A stretch of DNA of 64,000 bases from assembly GCA_963722985.1 (NCBI GenBank), contig CAVROZ010000010.1:14341-78340 (forward strand), given 5' to 3'. The notes under the pieces are model-generated. The model did not search any database. It had not been told where the DNA came from and saw only the letters and a program-made list of their open reading frames with translations. Made by a program: the position numbers and the translations under genes. This document shows, piece by piece, positions 9,172-18,968 of this stretch. The DNA is from Candidatus Acidiferrales bacterium (GTDB lineage Bacteria; Acidobacteriota; Terriglobia; Acidiferrales; UBA7541). Positions within the stretch are counted from its first letter, which is position 1. Every line of letters begins with the position of its first letter.

Positions 9172-10521
9172 TTATTTCCCGTTGATACGGAGAACCTTTT
9201 CGATGAAGTGAGTATCCATCTTGCCGGCAGCAAAATCGGGATGTGCCAGGATGCGGCGGTGCAGCGGGATGGAGGTCTTGATGCCTTCGATGACGAACAT
9301 TTCGAGGGCGCGCTTCATACGGCTGATGGCTTCACCCCGGTCGCGGCCTTTCACCACCAGCTTGGCGACCATGGAATCGTAATAGGGAGGAATGACCGCG
9401 TCCGAGTAGGCGGCCGAATCGACACGAACTCCAGTTCCTCCGGGCGCCTGAAAGGTGGTGATGCGTCCGGCGGACGGGACAAACGTTTCAGGGTCTTCGG
9501 CATTGATGCGGCACTCGATGGAGTGGCCGTTGAAACTCACTTCGCCCGCGGCTTCCTCGAGGCGTTCGCCCGCGGCAATTCGAATTTGCGCTTTGACGAG
9601 GTCCACACCGGTCACAAATTCGGTCACGGGATGCTCGACCTGAATGCGGGTGTTCATTTCGATGAAGTAGATCGACCCGTCTTCGTCCATGAGAAATTCG
9701 ATGGTGCCCGCGTTGGTGTAACCGATGCCTTCCATGGCTTTGACGACTCTGGCGCCCAGTTCTTTCCTTCGTTTGCCATCGATGACTGGAGAAGGCGATT
9801 CTTCGAGAAGCTTCTGATGGCGCCGCTGGATGGTGCATTCGCGCTCGCCAAGGTGAATGACCTTGCCGTGCTGGTCACCGAGCACCTGAAATTCGATGTG
9901 TCGGGGGTGCTCCAGGAATTTTTCCATGTAAACATCGGGCGTGCCGAAGGCCTGCTGGGCTTCGCTGCGCGCCGTCTGGTACGCGCCGAGGAGTTCGTCG
10001 TTGCTTCGGACCATGCGCATGCCGCGGCCGCCACCACCCGCGGCAGCTTTCAGGATCAGCGGGTAGCCGATGCGCTTAGCTTCTTTCGCAAGATGCTCTT
10101 CGCCTTCGACCACGCCGTCGCTGCCCGGAATGGTGGCGAGGCCGGCGGTTTTCATTTCCCGGCGGGCACGATCTTTTTCGCCCATCATTTCGATTACTTC
10201 GGGCTTGGGGCCGATGAAGGTGATCTCCGACGCTTCGCAGACCTTCGCAAAGTTGGCGTTTTCAGACAGAAAGCCATAACCGGGGTGGATGGCGTCGACG
10301 TTGGTGATTTCCGCGGCGCTGATGACGTGGGGAATGTTGAGGTAGCTTTCGCTGCTGCGCGGCGGGCCGATGCATACGGCTTCGTCGGCAAAACGAACAT
10401 GCAGGGCATTGCGATCGGCCTCGGAATAGACGGCGACAGTGGCAATGCCGAGTTCCTTACACGCACAGATGACCCGCAGGGCGATTTCCCCGCGATTGGC
10501 TACAAGAATCTTTTGGAACAT
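9172..10521 (-). CDS. accC: Acetyl-CoA carboxylase, biotin carboxylase subunit
   Basis: [46 protein letters not shown]. Confidence 0.97.
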   Translation of the reverse strand: MFQKILVANRGEIALRVICACKELGIATVAVYSEADRNALHVRFADEAVCIGPPRSSESYLNIPHVISAAEITNVDAIHPGYGFLSENANFAKVCEASEITFIGPKPEVIEMMGEKDRARREMKTAGLATIPGSDGVVEGEEHLAKEAKRIGYPLILKAAAGGGGRGMRMVRSNDELLGAYQTARSEAQQAFGTPDVYMEKFLEHPRHIEFQVLGDQHGKVIHLGERECTIQRRHQKLLEESPSPVIDGKRRKELGARVVKAMEGIGYTNAGTIEFLMDEDGSIYFIEMNTRIQVEHPVTEFVTGVDLVKAQIRIAAGERLEEAAGEVSFNGHSIECRINAEDPETFVPSAGRITTFQAPGGTGVRVDSAAYSDAVIPPYYDSMVAKLVVKGRDRGEAISRMKRALEMFVIEGIKTSIPLHRRILAHPDFAAGKMDTHFIEKVLRINGK

Positions 10522-10536
10522 AGTCGCGTGGGCCGC

Positions 10537-11067
10537 TTACCGTTTCCGGCTGGGCCGAATGCCGAACAAGGGCTGGCCGTATTCGACGGGCTGGCCGTTT
10601 TCGACGAAAATTCGCAGCACTTCTCCGTTGGTTTCGGATTCGATTTCATTCATCAGCTTCATGGCTTCCACGATGCAAAGCGTTTGTCCGGATTCGACGT
10701 AGCTGCCTACCTTCACAAAGGGCTCCGAGCCTGGGCTTGGCGACCCGTAGAAGGTGCCCACGATCGGCGATTTCACGAGAAACAGGTCGTCGCCGCCCCG
10801 CGTGTCGGATTCGGGAGCCGCTTCGGCGGCGCGCGAAGACGTGGCCGGCGCCGCCGCCGGCACGATAATCTCCGCCGGTCTAGGAGCCGCGGTTAGAACC
10901 GCTGTCGTACCGGGCTTTTTCAGGCGGATGCGCAAATCGCCGCGCGAGTACTCGAATTCCTCGAGATTGTGCTCGCTCATGAAGCGAAGCAATTGCTCGA
11001 TCTGCCCCATCTCCGGGTTTGCAAACGACCCACCTTCATCCGCTTTCGACGGTTTTTTCCGTTTCAT
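10537..11067 (-). CDS. accB: Acetyl-CoA carboxylase, biotin carboxyl carrier protein
   Basis: SPIVGTFY and the EAMKLMN biotinylation motif; Ala/Pro linker. Confidence 0.96.
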   Translation of the reverse strand: MKRKKPSKADEGGSFANPEMGQIEQLLRFMSEHNLEEFEYSRGDLRIRLKKPGTTAVLTAAPRPAEIIVPAAAPATSSRAAEAAPESDTRGGDDLFLVKSPIVGTFYGSPSPGSEPFVKVGSYVESGQTLCIVEAMKLMNEIESETNGEVLRIFVENGQPVEYGQPLFGIRPSRKR

Positions 11068-11074
11068 GCCTGTT

Positions 11075-12157
11075 TTAGATTTCGATGAGATCCCGCGTGA
11101 CGCGGGTCAAAACTTCCCTGCCCCGAATTCCCACTGCCACATCGTCTTCAATGCGAATGCCACCGAAGCCTTCGACGTACACACCAGGTTCTATGGTAAT
11201 CACATTCCCCGCTTCAAGTCGAACCGACTGGCCGCGCGCGATCCGCGGCGATTCGTGCACTTCGAGCCCCAAGCCGTGTCCGGTGCTGTGTACGAAAAAT
11301 GTATCGAGGCCATTCTTCTTCAGGACTTCGCGCGCCGCTCGGTCCACTTCGCCGCAAGTCACTCCGGCACGGACTGCCACGGTCGCCGCCTGGTTGGCTT
11401 GCAGCACAGCGCTGTAAAGCTTCCGGGCGCGCTGCGAGGCTCGGCCCACATAGACGGTGCGCGTAATGTCGCTGCAATAGTGGGCGAGTATAACACCCAG
11501 GTCCAGCACCACAAACTCATTTTTCCTCAAGCGCTTGGAGGTGGGACGCGCGTGGGGCAGAGCGCTTCTTTCTCCGAAAGCCACGATGGTTTCAAAGGAC
11601 GGACCGGCAGCGCCTTCCTTCTTCATCTGATATTCGATCTCGGCGGCAATCTCAGTTTCCCGAACTCCCGGCTTAAGCAGCTTGAGCGCACCCTCCAGCA
11701 CTTCTCCGACCAGGATGGCGGCCTTTCGCATCACGGCGAGTTCCTGGGCGTCCTTTTTCATACGCAAGCACTCGACCACTCCCGCAATTTCGATTGTGCG
11801 GCATTTGACGCCGCTGGCCTGCTGGAGCGCCTTCAGGCGCGCCACGGTCCATTGATCCGGGTCATAACCAGCGCGGCGGACGCCGCAGTGCTTCAGCCAT
11901 TCCCCAACGAACGGATAGAGCGCGCCCTTTTGCAGCTCCAGTCGAATTCCCGGCGACTCTTCGCGTGCCTGGATAGCGAATCGGCCGTCGGTGAACAACG
12001 TGGTTTTTCCGGTTCCCACCAGCAGGACGCCGGCATCTCCGGTAAAACCCGTCAGGTAATACCAGTTTGCGGGATGCGATACGAGCAGGCAATCCAGTCC
12101 CCGCCGCTTCAGTTCCCGTGCTACACTCCGCCGGCGTTTTGCGTAAATATCGCTCAT
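11075..12157 (-). CDS. Xaa-Pro aminopeptidase (M24B)
   Basis: Creatinase_N domain plus [34 protein letters not shown]. Confidence 0.93.
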   Translation of the reverse strand: MSDIYAKRRRSVARELKRRGLDCLLVSHPANWYYLTGFTGDAGVLLVGTGKTTLFTDGRFAIQAREESPGIRLELQKGALYPFVGEWLKHCGVRRAGYDPDQWTVARLKALQQASGVKCRTIEIAGVVECLRMKKDAQELAVMRKAAILVGEVLEGALKLLKPGVRETEIAAEIEYQMKKEGAAGPSFETIVAFGERSALPHARPTSKRLRKNEFVVLDLGVILAHYCSDITRTVYVGRASQRARKLYSAVLQANQAATVAVRAGVTCGEVDRAAREVLKKNGLDTFFVHSTGHGLGLEVHESPRIARGQSVRLEAGNVITIEPGVYVEGFGGIRIEDDVAVGIRGREVLTRVTRDLIEI

Positions 12158-12191
12158 AAAAAAATCGAGGAGACTGTGAGTCTCCTCGATT
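12158..12191 (-). terminator. Intrinsic terminator downstream of pilQ
   Basis: Perfect 13-bp stem (12163-12175/12179-12191), 3-nt loop, and a U7 tract on the minus strand (12158-12164). Confidence 0.75.
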
Positions 12192-12236
12192 CCAGTTTAC
12201 CTGAAGCTTGAGAGTTCTCTAAATTCGCCTCGAATC

Positions 12237-14264
12237 TTATCCAGGGATAATTCGCGGCGTGAGGAAGAACAGGAGCTCCGAAGAGCTGATGGTTACATTC
12301 TGTTCGCGGAAGAGTCGGCCAATCACCGGAAGATTCCCGAGAACGGGAACCTCGGTGATGCTCGTTTGTTGTTGAGTGACGATGATGCCGCCGATCACGA
12401 CGGTACCGCCATCGGCGACGAGGACTTTCGTCTCCGCAGACTGCGTGTCTAACGCAGGAATGCCCTGCACGCGGGGAATACCGTTGTCGATCTGGGTGTT
12501 TTCCACCAGCACATCCATGAACACCGTGCCCTCGGCAGTAATCTGCGGAGTCACTTCCAGCTTGAGCACCGCGTCGATGTACTGCACGGAGATGGTGTTA
12601 TTGATGGTCGTCTGAATCGGAATCTTCGTACCTTGCTTGACGGTGGCCTTTTCGTTGTTCTGCGTGATGACCTTCGGCTTTGAAAGCAGTTTGCCGACGC
12701 CCTTGGCTTCGGCAGCCGTGATGTACAAGTCCACCGCGAAGTTCGGCGAGCGATGGCCAAAGTAGAAACCGCTGGTCGGCGCGCCTGCGGGCAGGTTGAC
12801 GTTAAAAGGAAGGCCCGTACCGGTGCTGCCGCTGCTGGTCGAGGTGGCGATGAGCGGAGGCTGTGGCAATCCAGCGCCCGTCGTGATCGGGCTGATGCCG
12901 GTTTGCGGAGTACCGCCGAAAATCGTGCGGCCGCTGGTAGTTGTTCCCGCAAAACCCCACTGCACACCGATGTCCTGGCTGAACGACCGCGATGCTTGCA
13001 CGACCCGGGCTTCGATTTCAACCTGCTGCGATTTGCGATCGAGCTGGCGCATCAGGTTGTCGAGAACCGGCAGGTTCGAGGGTATGTCGCGGATGATCAA
13101 TTGATTCGAGCGATCATCGGAGAAAATGTCGCCGCGCGCGGACAGGAACTTCTTGAGCGTGTCGCGGACCGTCGAAGCCTTAGCATAGCTGAGGACGCGG
13201 GTCACCGTAACAGGAGCCACGGCTTCTGCCTGCGCCTTCTGAAGGTCACGGGCAGTCTCGGCTTCCTTCTTGAGGGTGTCCTTGGTAGCGACGCGAAGGA
13301 CGTTGCCGTTGAGTTGCTTGTCGAGGCCATTATTGATGAGCACGATGTCGAGAGCCTGATCCCATGGAACTTCGTCGAGCACGATCGTCAGCGTGCCCTT
13401 GACGTTCGGATCCAGGACCACGTTGAGGCCGCTGATTTCATGGATTAGGCGGAAGAAATCTTTCAGGTCCACGTCCTTCAAGTTCACAGAGATGGGTTCG
13501 CCCGTGTAACGGCCGGCCGGGGCCGGTGCGGCAGAGAGCTGTTGCGCCGCTACAGTCGACGCAGCCGTGCTTGCCTGCTGCACAGCTTGTTGTGCCGCCT
13601 GCTGCGCGGCGTCTTCGGACGGCGCCGGCTGAGCGGTTTCGTTCACTGCCGCCAAACTGGACGAGGGCTGGGTCAGTTCGTTCGGTAGAGGAAAATGAGA
13701 AGAGGACGTGTCCGCAGTCTTTATGCTGGCGGCGCTCGCCTGAGAATCCGTGGCCGGGGCATCCGCTTCTTTCTTGGTCTGACCTGCGGCGGTGGACTTC
13801 ATGGCCGCCTGAGCCGTCGCGTTGGCATCCTCCGGTTGTACTTGCAGATAGACGACAATCGCGTCGCCTTCATGGGCAACCTGGTAAGGAGCCGAGCCGG
13901 TGAGGTCAATCACCACGCGGGCCACATCGGGCCGGAACTGGCCAAGGCGCACCTCGCGGACGGGCGCCGAAACTCCTGGAATCGTGGTCTTCTGAACGTT
14001 GAGGTGCGCACCGGAAAAGTCCAGCACCAGACGCTCCGGATTCTGCATGCGCACGGGATGCACGTCGAGACGTCCCGCGCCTTCCACGCGGACAGCGGCG
14101 CGTTGCGTATCCTGCGTGATGGCCACGCTCTTGATCACCGCCGTAGCCGAGGGCGCGCTCGCGCCAGCGGACTCCTGCCCGCGAACGAGTGCCGGGGTCT
14201 CGCCCAGCATTACGCTCGTCAATATCAGGCAGCCACACCGAAAGGCCCGCCAGTTCGTGGTCAT
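12237..14264 (-). CDS. pilQ: Type IV pilus secretin with AMIN domains
   Basis: Two AMIN-like N-terminal domains, YTGEPISVNLKDVD, QQVEIEARVV, LEVTPQI, ELLFFLTPRI. ATGA overlap with the upstream gene. Confidence 0.95.
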   Translation of the reverse strand: MTTNWRAFRCGCLILTSVMLGETPALVRGQESAGASAPSATAVIKSVAITQDTQRAAVRVEGAGRLDVHPVRMQNPERLVLDFSGAHLNVQKTTIPGVSAPVREVRLGQFRPDVARVVIDLTGSAPYQVAHEGDAIVVYLQVQPEDANATAQAAMKSTAAGQTKKEADAPATDSQASAASIKTADTSSSHFPLPNELTQPSSSLAAVNETAQPAPSEDAAQQAAQQAVQQASTAASTVAAQQLSAAPAPAGRYTGEPISVNLKDVDLKDFFRLIHEISGLNVVLDPNVKGTLTIVLDEVPWDQALDIVLINNGLDKQLNGNVLRVATKDTLKKEAETARDLQKAQAEAVAPVTVTRVLSYAKASTVRDTLKKFLSARGDIFSDDRSNQLIIRDIPSNLPVLDNLMRQLDRKSQQVEIEARVVQASRSFSQDIGVQWGFAGTTTSGRTIFGGTPQTGISPITTGAGLPQPPLIATSTSSGSTGTGLPFNVNLPAGAPTSGFYFGHRSPNFAVDLYITAAEAKGVGKLLSKPKVITQNNEKATVKQGTKIPIQTTINNTISVQYIDAVLKLEVTPQITAEGTVFMDVLVENTQIDNGIPRVQGIPALDTQSAETKVLVADGGTVVIGGIIVTQQQTSITEVPVLGNLPVIGRLFREQNVTISSSELLFFLTPRIIPG

Positions 14265-14773
14265 TGCTGTTCTCCTACACTGGAGTAGATTCTCTTGTTC
14301 ACTTGCCGTTCTACGGGCTTGCCAAAAGCGTCTTTCCCAACCTCGTGGAAAGACACCCCATCGAGAGCGATCTTGTCTACCTTGCCGTCATACAGCTGGT
14401 CGCCTTCCCTCAGAAAATAGGTTCGCTGCTGAGGATTGGTAACCACGGCGATCATTCCGTTTGGCGCTTTCACAATTCCGTCGAGCCGCAGAGAAGCGAC
14501 TTGCAAGCCCGCCTTGCCGGGGGGCAAATTCGCTGTCACCCTCGAGGCCGCCTCTTGCCGGCTGGTTAAAGACTCAAAGGGGTCGCGACGCGCGATCTTG
14601 CCCTCGGGCGCCGCCTCAGAACCGTCCGCCGACGCCGCCGGAGCTTTCTTGGCAACCGACTTGGCCTTCTGCTTCACCGCGGGGTTTTTGGGAGCCGACG
14701 CAGTCTGCGCCTGCACGCTGAACGCCGCCGCTGGAAGCAACATTCCGACTAGCAGTATTTTCAATCGACGCAT
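14261..14773 (-). CDS. PilP-like pilus assembly protein
   Basis: Lies between pilO and pilQ. Signal peptide, RRDPF motif, LDGIV..A.V..YFLREGD. No lipobox seen. Confidence 0.7.
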   Translation of the reverse strand: MRRLKILLVGMLLPAAAFSVQAQTASAPKNPAVKQKAKSVAKKAPAASADGSEAAPEGKIARRDPFESLTSRQEAASRVTANLPPGKAGLQVASLRLDGIVKAPNGMIAVVTNPQQRTYFLREGDQLYDGKVDKIALDGVSFHEVGKDAFGKPVERQVNKRIYSSVGEQQ

Positions 14774-14790
14774 AGCTCGCTCATTCCTGC

Positions 14791-15447
14791 TCACGGTTTT
14801 CTCCCGGGCGCTGCTGGTGCTTTTGTACCGCCCGTCGTTGCCGGAGCCGTATCCGCCGGCTTAGTGAAGAATGTGGTGATCGTAAAAATGCCTGTTACCG
14901 TTTCGCCCGGACGCACCGCGTACTTGACGCCCTTCGCCGTGGTCCCAGTCGGATCGTCAAACTGCAAATCGCCCACGTTGATGATGCGCGAGAGGCGGCT
15001 CAGCCGGGAGAAGAAGTCCAGGACGTTGAAGTAGGCGCCGTCGACTTGGGCTTCGAATGGCATTTCGTAATGGAAGTCTTTCGGCACGATGTTCTGCGCC
15101 GTCAGCCGCCGCAACTGCACGTTCGATGCGCTGGCCGCGCCCTGCACCTGACGAATGAATTCGTCCACTTCTTTTTCTTCGGGGACGATGGTTTTCAAGG
15201 TGTCGAGCTGTTTGTTCAGCGCGTCCATCTGTTGCTTCAATTCACCGTATCGCTGCTTGTAAACCTGCAACTGGGTGACTTCCTGATTGAGTTTGGTCCG
15301 CTGCTGCACGGCGGCGTCGTAGGCCGATCGCTCCTGCGCCACCGGAGAGAACGGCAAGTACAAGCCCACGAGAACTAGAATGACTGCAATGGCCAGGGCC
15401 ACCAGCCCCTGCATGATCACCGACATATCGCGGAAAGGATTCGCCAT
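14791..15447 (-). CDS. pilO: Type IV pilus assembly protein PilO
   Basis: N-terminal TM, coiled coil, VPEEKEVDEF, GAYFNVLDFFSRL..RIINV; operon position. Confidence 0.9.
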   Translation of the reverse strand: MANPFRDMSVIMQGLVALAIAVILVLVGLYLPFSPVAQERSAYDAAVQQRTKLNQEVTQLQVYKQRYGELKQQMDALNKQLDTLKTIVPEEKEVDEFIRQVQGAASASNVQLRRLTAQNIVPKDFHYEMPFEAQVDGAYFNVLDFFSRLSRLSRIINVGDLQFDDPTGTTAKGVKYAVRPGETVTGIFTITTFFTKPADTAPATTGGTKAPAAPGRKP

Positions 15448-15456
15448 GGCTGTCCG

Positions 15457-16101
15457 TTATCCTTTCTTCGCCGGTGCCGCACTTGTTGGGGCACTCTGAG
15501 AACTGGCCGGCTTGGCCTGCGGAGTCGCGTCCGGTCCAGTCGAAGCGATTTCGGCGTTGATGGTGAATAAGAAAGTTTGCACGGTGGTGTTCTTATCGTC
15601 CTGCTTGGATTCCTTGATCTCGATCTTTTGAAAGTAACCGGAACGCTTCAGCGCGGTGATGAAATTTGCTACCGAGTTGATCGAGGCGGCGGCGCCTTCT
15701 AGGGTAACTTCGGACCCTTTCTTGGTCATCGAAGTCAGCCAAAGATTCTCCGCGCGGGATACCGTGTTGGCAACCTGATCGAGAAGCTCCTGGCCGCCGG
15801 TGCGGTCCTTTTGCAGTTGTTCGATGGTGTTGACCCGCTGCATCAGCACTTGCTTCTGCTTCTCGAACGATTCCACCTGCAGCTTGATCTGCTCGAGTTC
15901 CGTCTTCTGGCTCTGCAACTGCTTAATTCGGGCGTTCTCTTCGTTCAGTTGGGTCTGCCAGGAGTGGTAAAAGTAGAAAAGGAACAAGCAACCCAGCAAT
16001 AAACCGGCACCGATGAACACCAGCGGCATGGCCGCTCCGGTGTCTACGGGCCTTCGTGCGGCCTTTGGCCGTATTTGTCCGAGTAAGTTTATGCGGATCA
16101 T
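15457..16101 (-). CDS. pilN: Type IV pilus assembly protein PilN
   Basis: MIRINLL (PilM-binding INLL motif), TM, coiled coil, LWLTSM..LEGAA. Confidence 0.92.
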   Translation of the reverse strand: MIRINLLGQIRPKAARRPVDTGAAMPLVFIGAGLLLGCLFLFYFYHSWQTQLNEENARIKQLQSQKTELEQIKLQVESFEKQKQVLMQRVNTIEQLQKDRTGGQELLDQVANTVSRAENLWLTSMTKKGSEVTLEGAAASINSVANFITALKRSGYFQKIEIKESKQDDKNTTVQTFLFTINAEIASTGPDATPQAKPASSQSAPTSAAPAKKG

Positions 16102-16103
16102 GG

Positions 16104-17156
16104 CTAGTCGAAGCTCCTCAGTGCCAATCCCACCGCGACTACCAACCTGGGCGCTAATTCCCGGATCTGATCTTCACTATGCTTTCCCGGGTTGATTAAC
16201 ACTTTACGGAATGGATTCAATTCTTCCACTGGCATCGCGAACTCTTCGCGCAGCAGGTCCACCAGGCCGGGCACACGGGCGGTTCCTCCGGCGACCATGA
16301 TGCGCTGTATGTTTTCTCCGCTCGCCGTGGCGCGGAAGAAGTCGAAAGTTTTTTGAATTTCGAGAGTCAGGATGTCCGAAACGCTGCGGAGAATCTGTCC
16401 CTTTTGCTCGTCGGTGACGGTTGGCAGAGTCTCGCCCTTCTTCAGCTTCTCGGCATCGTCGAAACTGAGGTCGAGCTCTTTTTGCAGCGCGTCGGTGTAC
16501 TGGTTGCCGCCGACGCTTACGTCGCGGGTAAACAGCGGAATCCCGCCGCGGACAATATTTATGTTCATGACGCTCGCACCGATATTCAGCAGCGCCACGG
16601 TTTGGCCGGCGTCAGGCTCGTAATTGACTTCGAAGCAGTTCTGCAAGCCAAAGGCGTCGATGTCGACGATTACCGGCGTTTTTCCAGCCTGCGCCAACAC
16701 GTTGGTGTGATTCAGAATCTTGTCCTTCTTTACCGCTACCAGCAGGACATCCATCTGCGAATCCATTGCTTCGAGCAACTGGTAACTGAGATTGACGTCA
16801 GCAATATCGAAGGGAATGTGCTGGCTCGCTTCGGAGGGGATGCGGTCGTAGAGTTCTTCCTCGGTCATGAGCGGCAACGGCACTCGCTTGACGATCACGG
16901 AGTGGCCGGATACTGACGTGGCAACGCTTTTGGTCTTGATTTTTTCGAGATCGAAAATCTTGGTGATGGCGTTGGCGACTTGCGGCGCATCCATGATCGC
17001 GCCGTCGACGACGGTGTCTTGCGCCAAGGATTCCATGCCGTAACTGACAAGCTCATAGCCGGCCTTGGTCGATTTCAACTCCACGGCTTTAATGGAGTTC
17101 GAACCGATGTCCAAACCGACCAACTGCCTGCTTTTCCTGCCCCCGAGTAACCACAT
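16104..17156 (-). CDS. pilM: Type IV pilus assembly protein PilM (actin-like)
   Basis: VGLDIGSNSIKAVEL, LNIGAS, VAGG, AVGLALR. Confidence 0.96.
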   Translation of the reverse strand: MWLLGGRKSRQLVGLDIGSNSIKAVELKSTKAGYELVSYGMESLAQDTVVDGAIMDAPQVANAITKIFDLEKIKTKSVATSVSGHSVIVKRVPLPLMTEEELYDRIPSEASQHIPFDIADVNLSYQLLEAMDSQMDVLLVAVKKDKILNHTNVLAQAGKTPVIVDIDAFGLQNCFEVNYEPDAGQTVALLNIGASVMNINIVRGGIPLFTRDVSVGGNQYTDALQKELDLSFDDAEKLKKGETLPTVTDEQKGQILRSVSDILTLEIQKTFDFFRATASGENIQRIMVAGGTARVPGLVDLLREEFAMPVEELNPFRKVLINPGKHSEDQIRELAPRLVVAVGLALRSFD

Positions 17157-17189
17157 ATCGCGGCCTCTTTCCCTCACGCTTCGGTGAAC

Positions 17190-17387
17190 TTAGCGGCGCC
17201 TTGTCGCCACCTGGCTCATCTTGCGTTCCATCCAGCGATCCAGGATCGTCTTCCTAAGTTTCCAACGATTCCCGAGCTTGAACGCAGGTATTTCGCCCTC
17301 TGTGATGTACCGATACAGGGTGTCGGGACTGATCCCAAGATACTGGGACGCCTGTCGTACGTTCATCACTTCGCGCGATTCGCTCAC
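17190..17387 (-). CDS. Small excisionase/BldC-like helix-turn-helix DNA-binding protein
   Basis: 65 aa; MNVRQASQYLGISPDTLYRY..IPAFKLGNRWK has the HTH_17 pattern. Confidence 0.85.
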   Translation of the reverse strand: MSESREVMNVRQASQYLGISPDTLYRYITEGEIPAFKLGNRWKLRKTILDRWMERKMSQVATRRR

Positions 17388-17543
17388 GAGGAACGCCCAT
17401 CCTCACATGCCCCAGTTTCGGACATGCACTCGCCCGATGGGCACCCGGACACAGGGTTCCTTCGGGCTGACCTTGTTCCCGTTATGTCATCGCGAACGCC
17501 CGACCGTCAAGCCTTTCTCTGCCGCAGTTGTCCTAAGAACATC

Positions 17544-17608
17544 GGCAATCTTAGGCAATTGACCTGTTATTGTAGGCAGGTGTCACTAGCGCTAGTAGGG
17601 TTATTGTA
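17544..17608. promoter_or_regulatory. Repeat and palindrome cluster upstream of HTH-pilMNOPQ
   Basis: GGCAAT at 17544 and 17554; GTTATTGTA at 17566 and 17600; perfect palindrome ACTAGCGCTAGT at 17585-17596. Confidence 0.45.
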
Positions 17609-17858
17609 TCAGGACTGCTATTACTTGTATTGGCTCGACATGGCGGCCTGTCCCCCGGGACGGTAATTCTTAATCCGCATTCGCAAGCACCGATGCCCCT
17701 GGCCTTTTGATCGCCCGGAAAAACGAATCGCTTTTTTGGCGTTTCGAAAAAATCCGCTCCTTATCCATCGTAGCGATCCGTCTTCGGCAGACGAATCGGC
17801 ACGCCGAAGCTATACTGTTCGCGCTAAGTTCCATGGTCTGTTTTTTCGGAGGTTCCCG

Positions 17859-18836
17859 ATGAAGAGTTTGCTTCTGATTTGTGGGGTTGTCCTGCTGGCG
17901 CCGTCGCTACCTGCGCAGAATCTCTTTGTGGCCAATCAAGGCGAGCACGCGCTGCTGGTCATCGATCCGACTACGCGAAAAACCCTCGCGGTGGTTGGAG
18001 TCGACATCAACGGACACGAGGTCATCGGGTCCCCGGACGGAAAGCTCGCCTACGTGCCGATTTATGGGAACTCCGGCGTCGGAAAACCCGGGACCGATGG
18101 AAGCACCGTAGAGATTATTGATATCGCCTCGGGCCGCGCGATGCACATCATTGATTTGGGCAAACGCGTGCGGCCACACTGCGCCAAGTTTGGACCTGAC
18201 GGAATGCTGTATGTTTCGGCCGAGCTTGCCAAAGCGTTGTACGTGATTGATCCGCGCACGCAGAAAGTTGTCGCCGAGGTTCCGACGGGACAGAACGATT
18301 CGCATATGTTTGTTATCACGCCGGACGGTTCGCGCGCGTACACCGCAAACGTATTTGCCGGCAACGTCAGCGTTTTGGACTTGCAGAAGCATTCTCTCGT
18401 CACAACGATTCCCGTTGCCGGGGAAGTGCAACGCATTTCGATATCGCCGGACGGCCACACCGTTTACACGCATGATCAACAAAAGCCACGGATCGCGGTA
18501 ATCGACACCTCGAAGAATGTGATTGCCAAGTGGTGGGATGTGCCGTCAGTGGTGTATTCGTCTGCCGTCACGCCGGATGGTCGCTGGCTTGTTGCGAATG
18601 CTCTTTCCGGGAAGATCTTTGTGGTCGATACGTCGACGGGCAAAGTGGAGCACTCTTACGATATCCCGGCCGCGTCCGGTGAGGCGATTGTGGCGCCCGA
18701 TGGAGCTCGTGCATATGTGAGTTGCCCGCAAGCGGGAACGATTGAAGTGCTGGACCTTAAGAGCTGGCAGTTGGAAAAGCCCATTCAATTGACAAAAGGC
18801 GTTGACGGGTTGGCCTTCGCAAAAAGCGGCGAGTGA
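17859..18836 (+). CDS. Secreted YncE/YVTN-like beta-propeller protein
   Basis: Signal peptide, repeated SPDG/TPDG blades. ATG 17859 has a GGAGG RBS. Confidence 0.88.
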   Translation: MKSLLLICGVVLLAPSLPAQNLFVANQGEHALLVIDPTTRKTLAVVGVDINGHEVIGSPDGKLAYVPIYGNSGVGKPGTDGSTVEIIDIASGRAMHIIDLGKRVRPHCAKFGPDGMLYVSAELAKALYVIDPRTQKVVAEVPTGQNDSHMFVITPDGSRAYTANVFAGNVSVLDLQKHSLVTTIPVAGEVQRISISPDGHTVYTHDQQKPRIAVIDTSKNVIAKWWDVPSVVYSSAVTPDGRWLVANALSGKIFVVDTSTGKVEHSYDIPAASGEAIVAPDGARAYVSCPQAGTIEVLDLKSWQLEKPIQLTKGVDGLAFAKSGE

Positions 18837-18968
18837 TCGAGTGGCGAGAAAGACCTGATGATTTTCGCCTTGCTTGTAGGGAAAAGCCTCGGGTCTAAAA
18901 GGCTTGAGCCACCGAGAACTGACAAGCAGGTTCCTCGCTTCACTCGAAATGGCAATTTTCTTGAGATA

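Noticed and set aside
9163-10896. 577-aa plus-strand ORF
   Set aside because: Antisense shadow of accC/accB caused by GC-rich codon bias; no motifs.
10754-12211. 485-aa plus-strand ORF
   Set aside because: Antisense shadow of the M24 peptidase and accB.
18850-18920. c-di-GMP-I riboswitch-like words (AAAGCCTCGGGTCTAA)
   Set aside because: The P2 GAAA/receptor architecture is missing and it lies between convergent gene ends. It is better explained as a REP-like hairpin.
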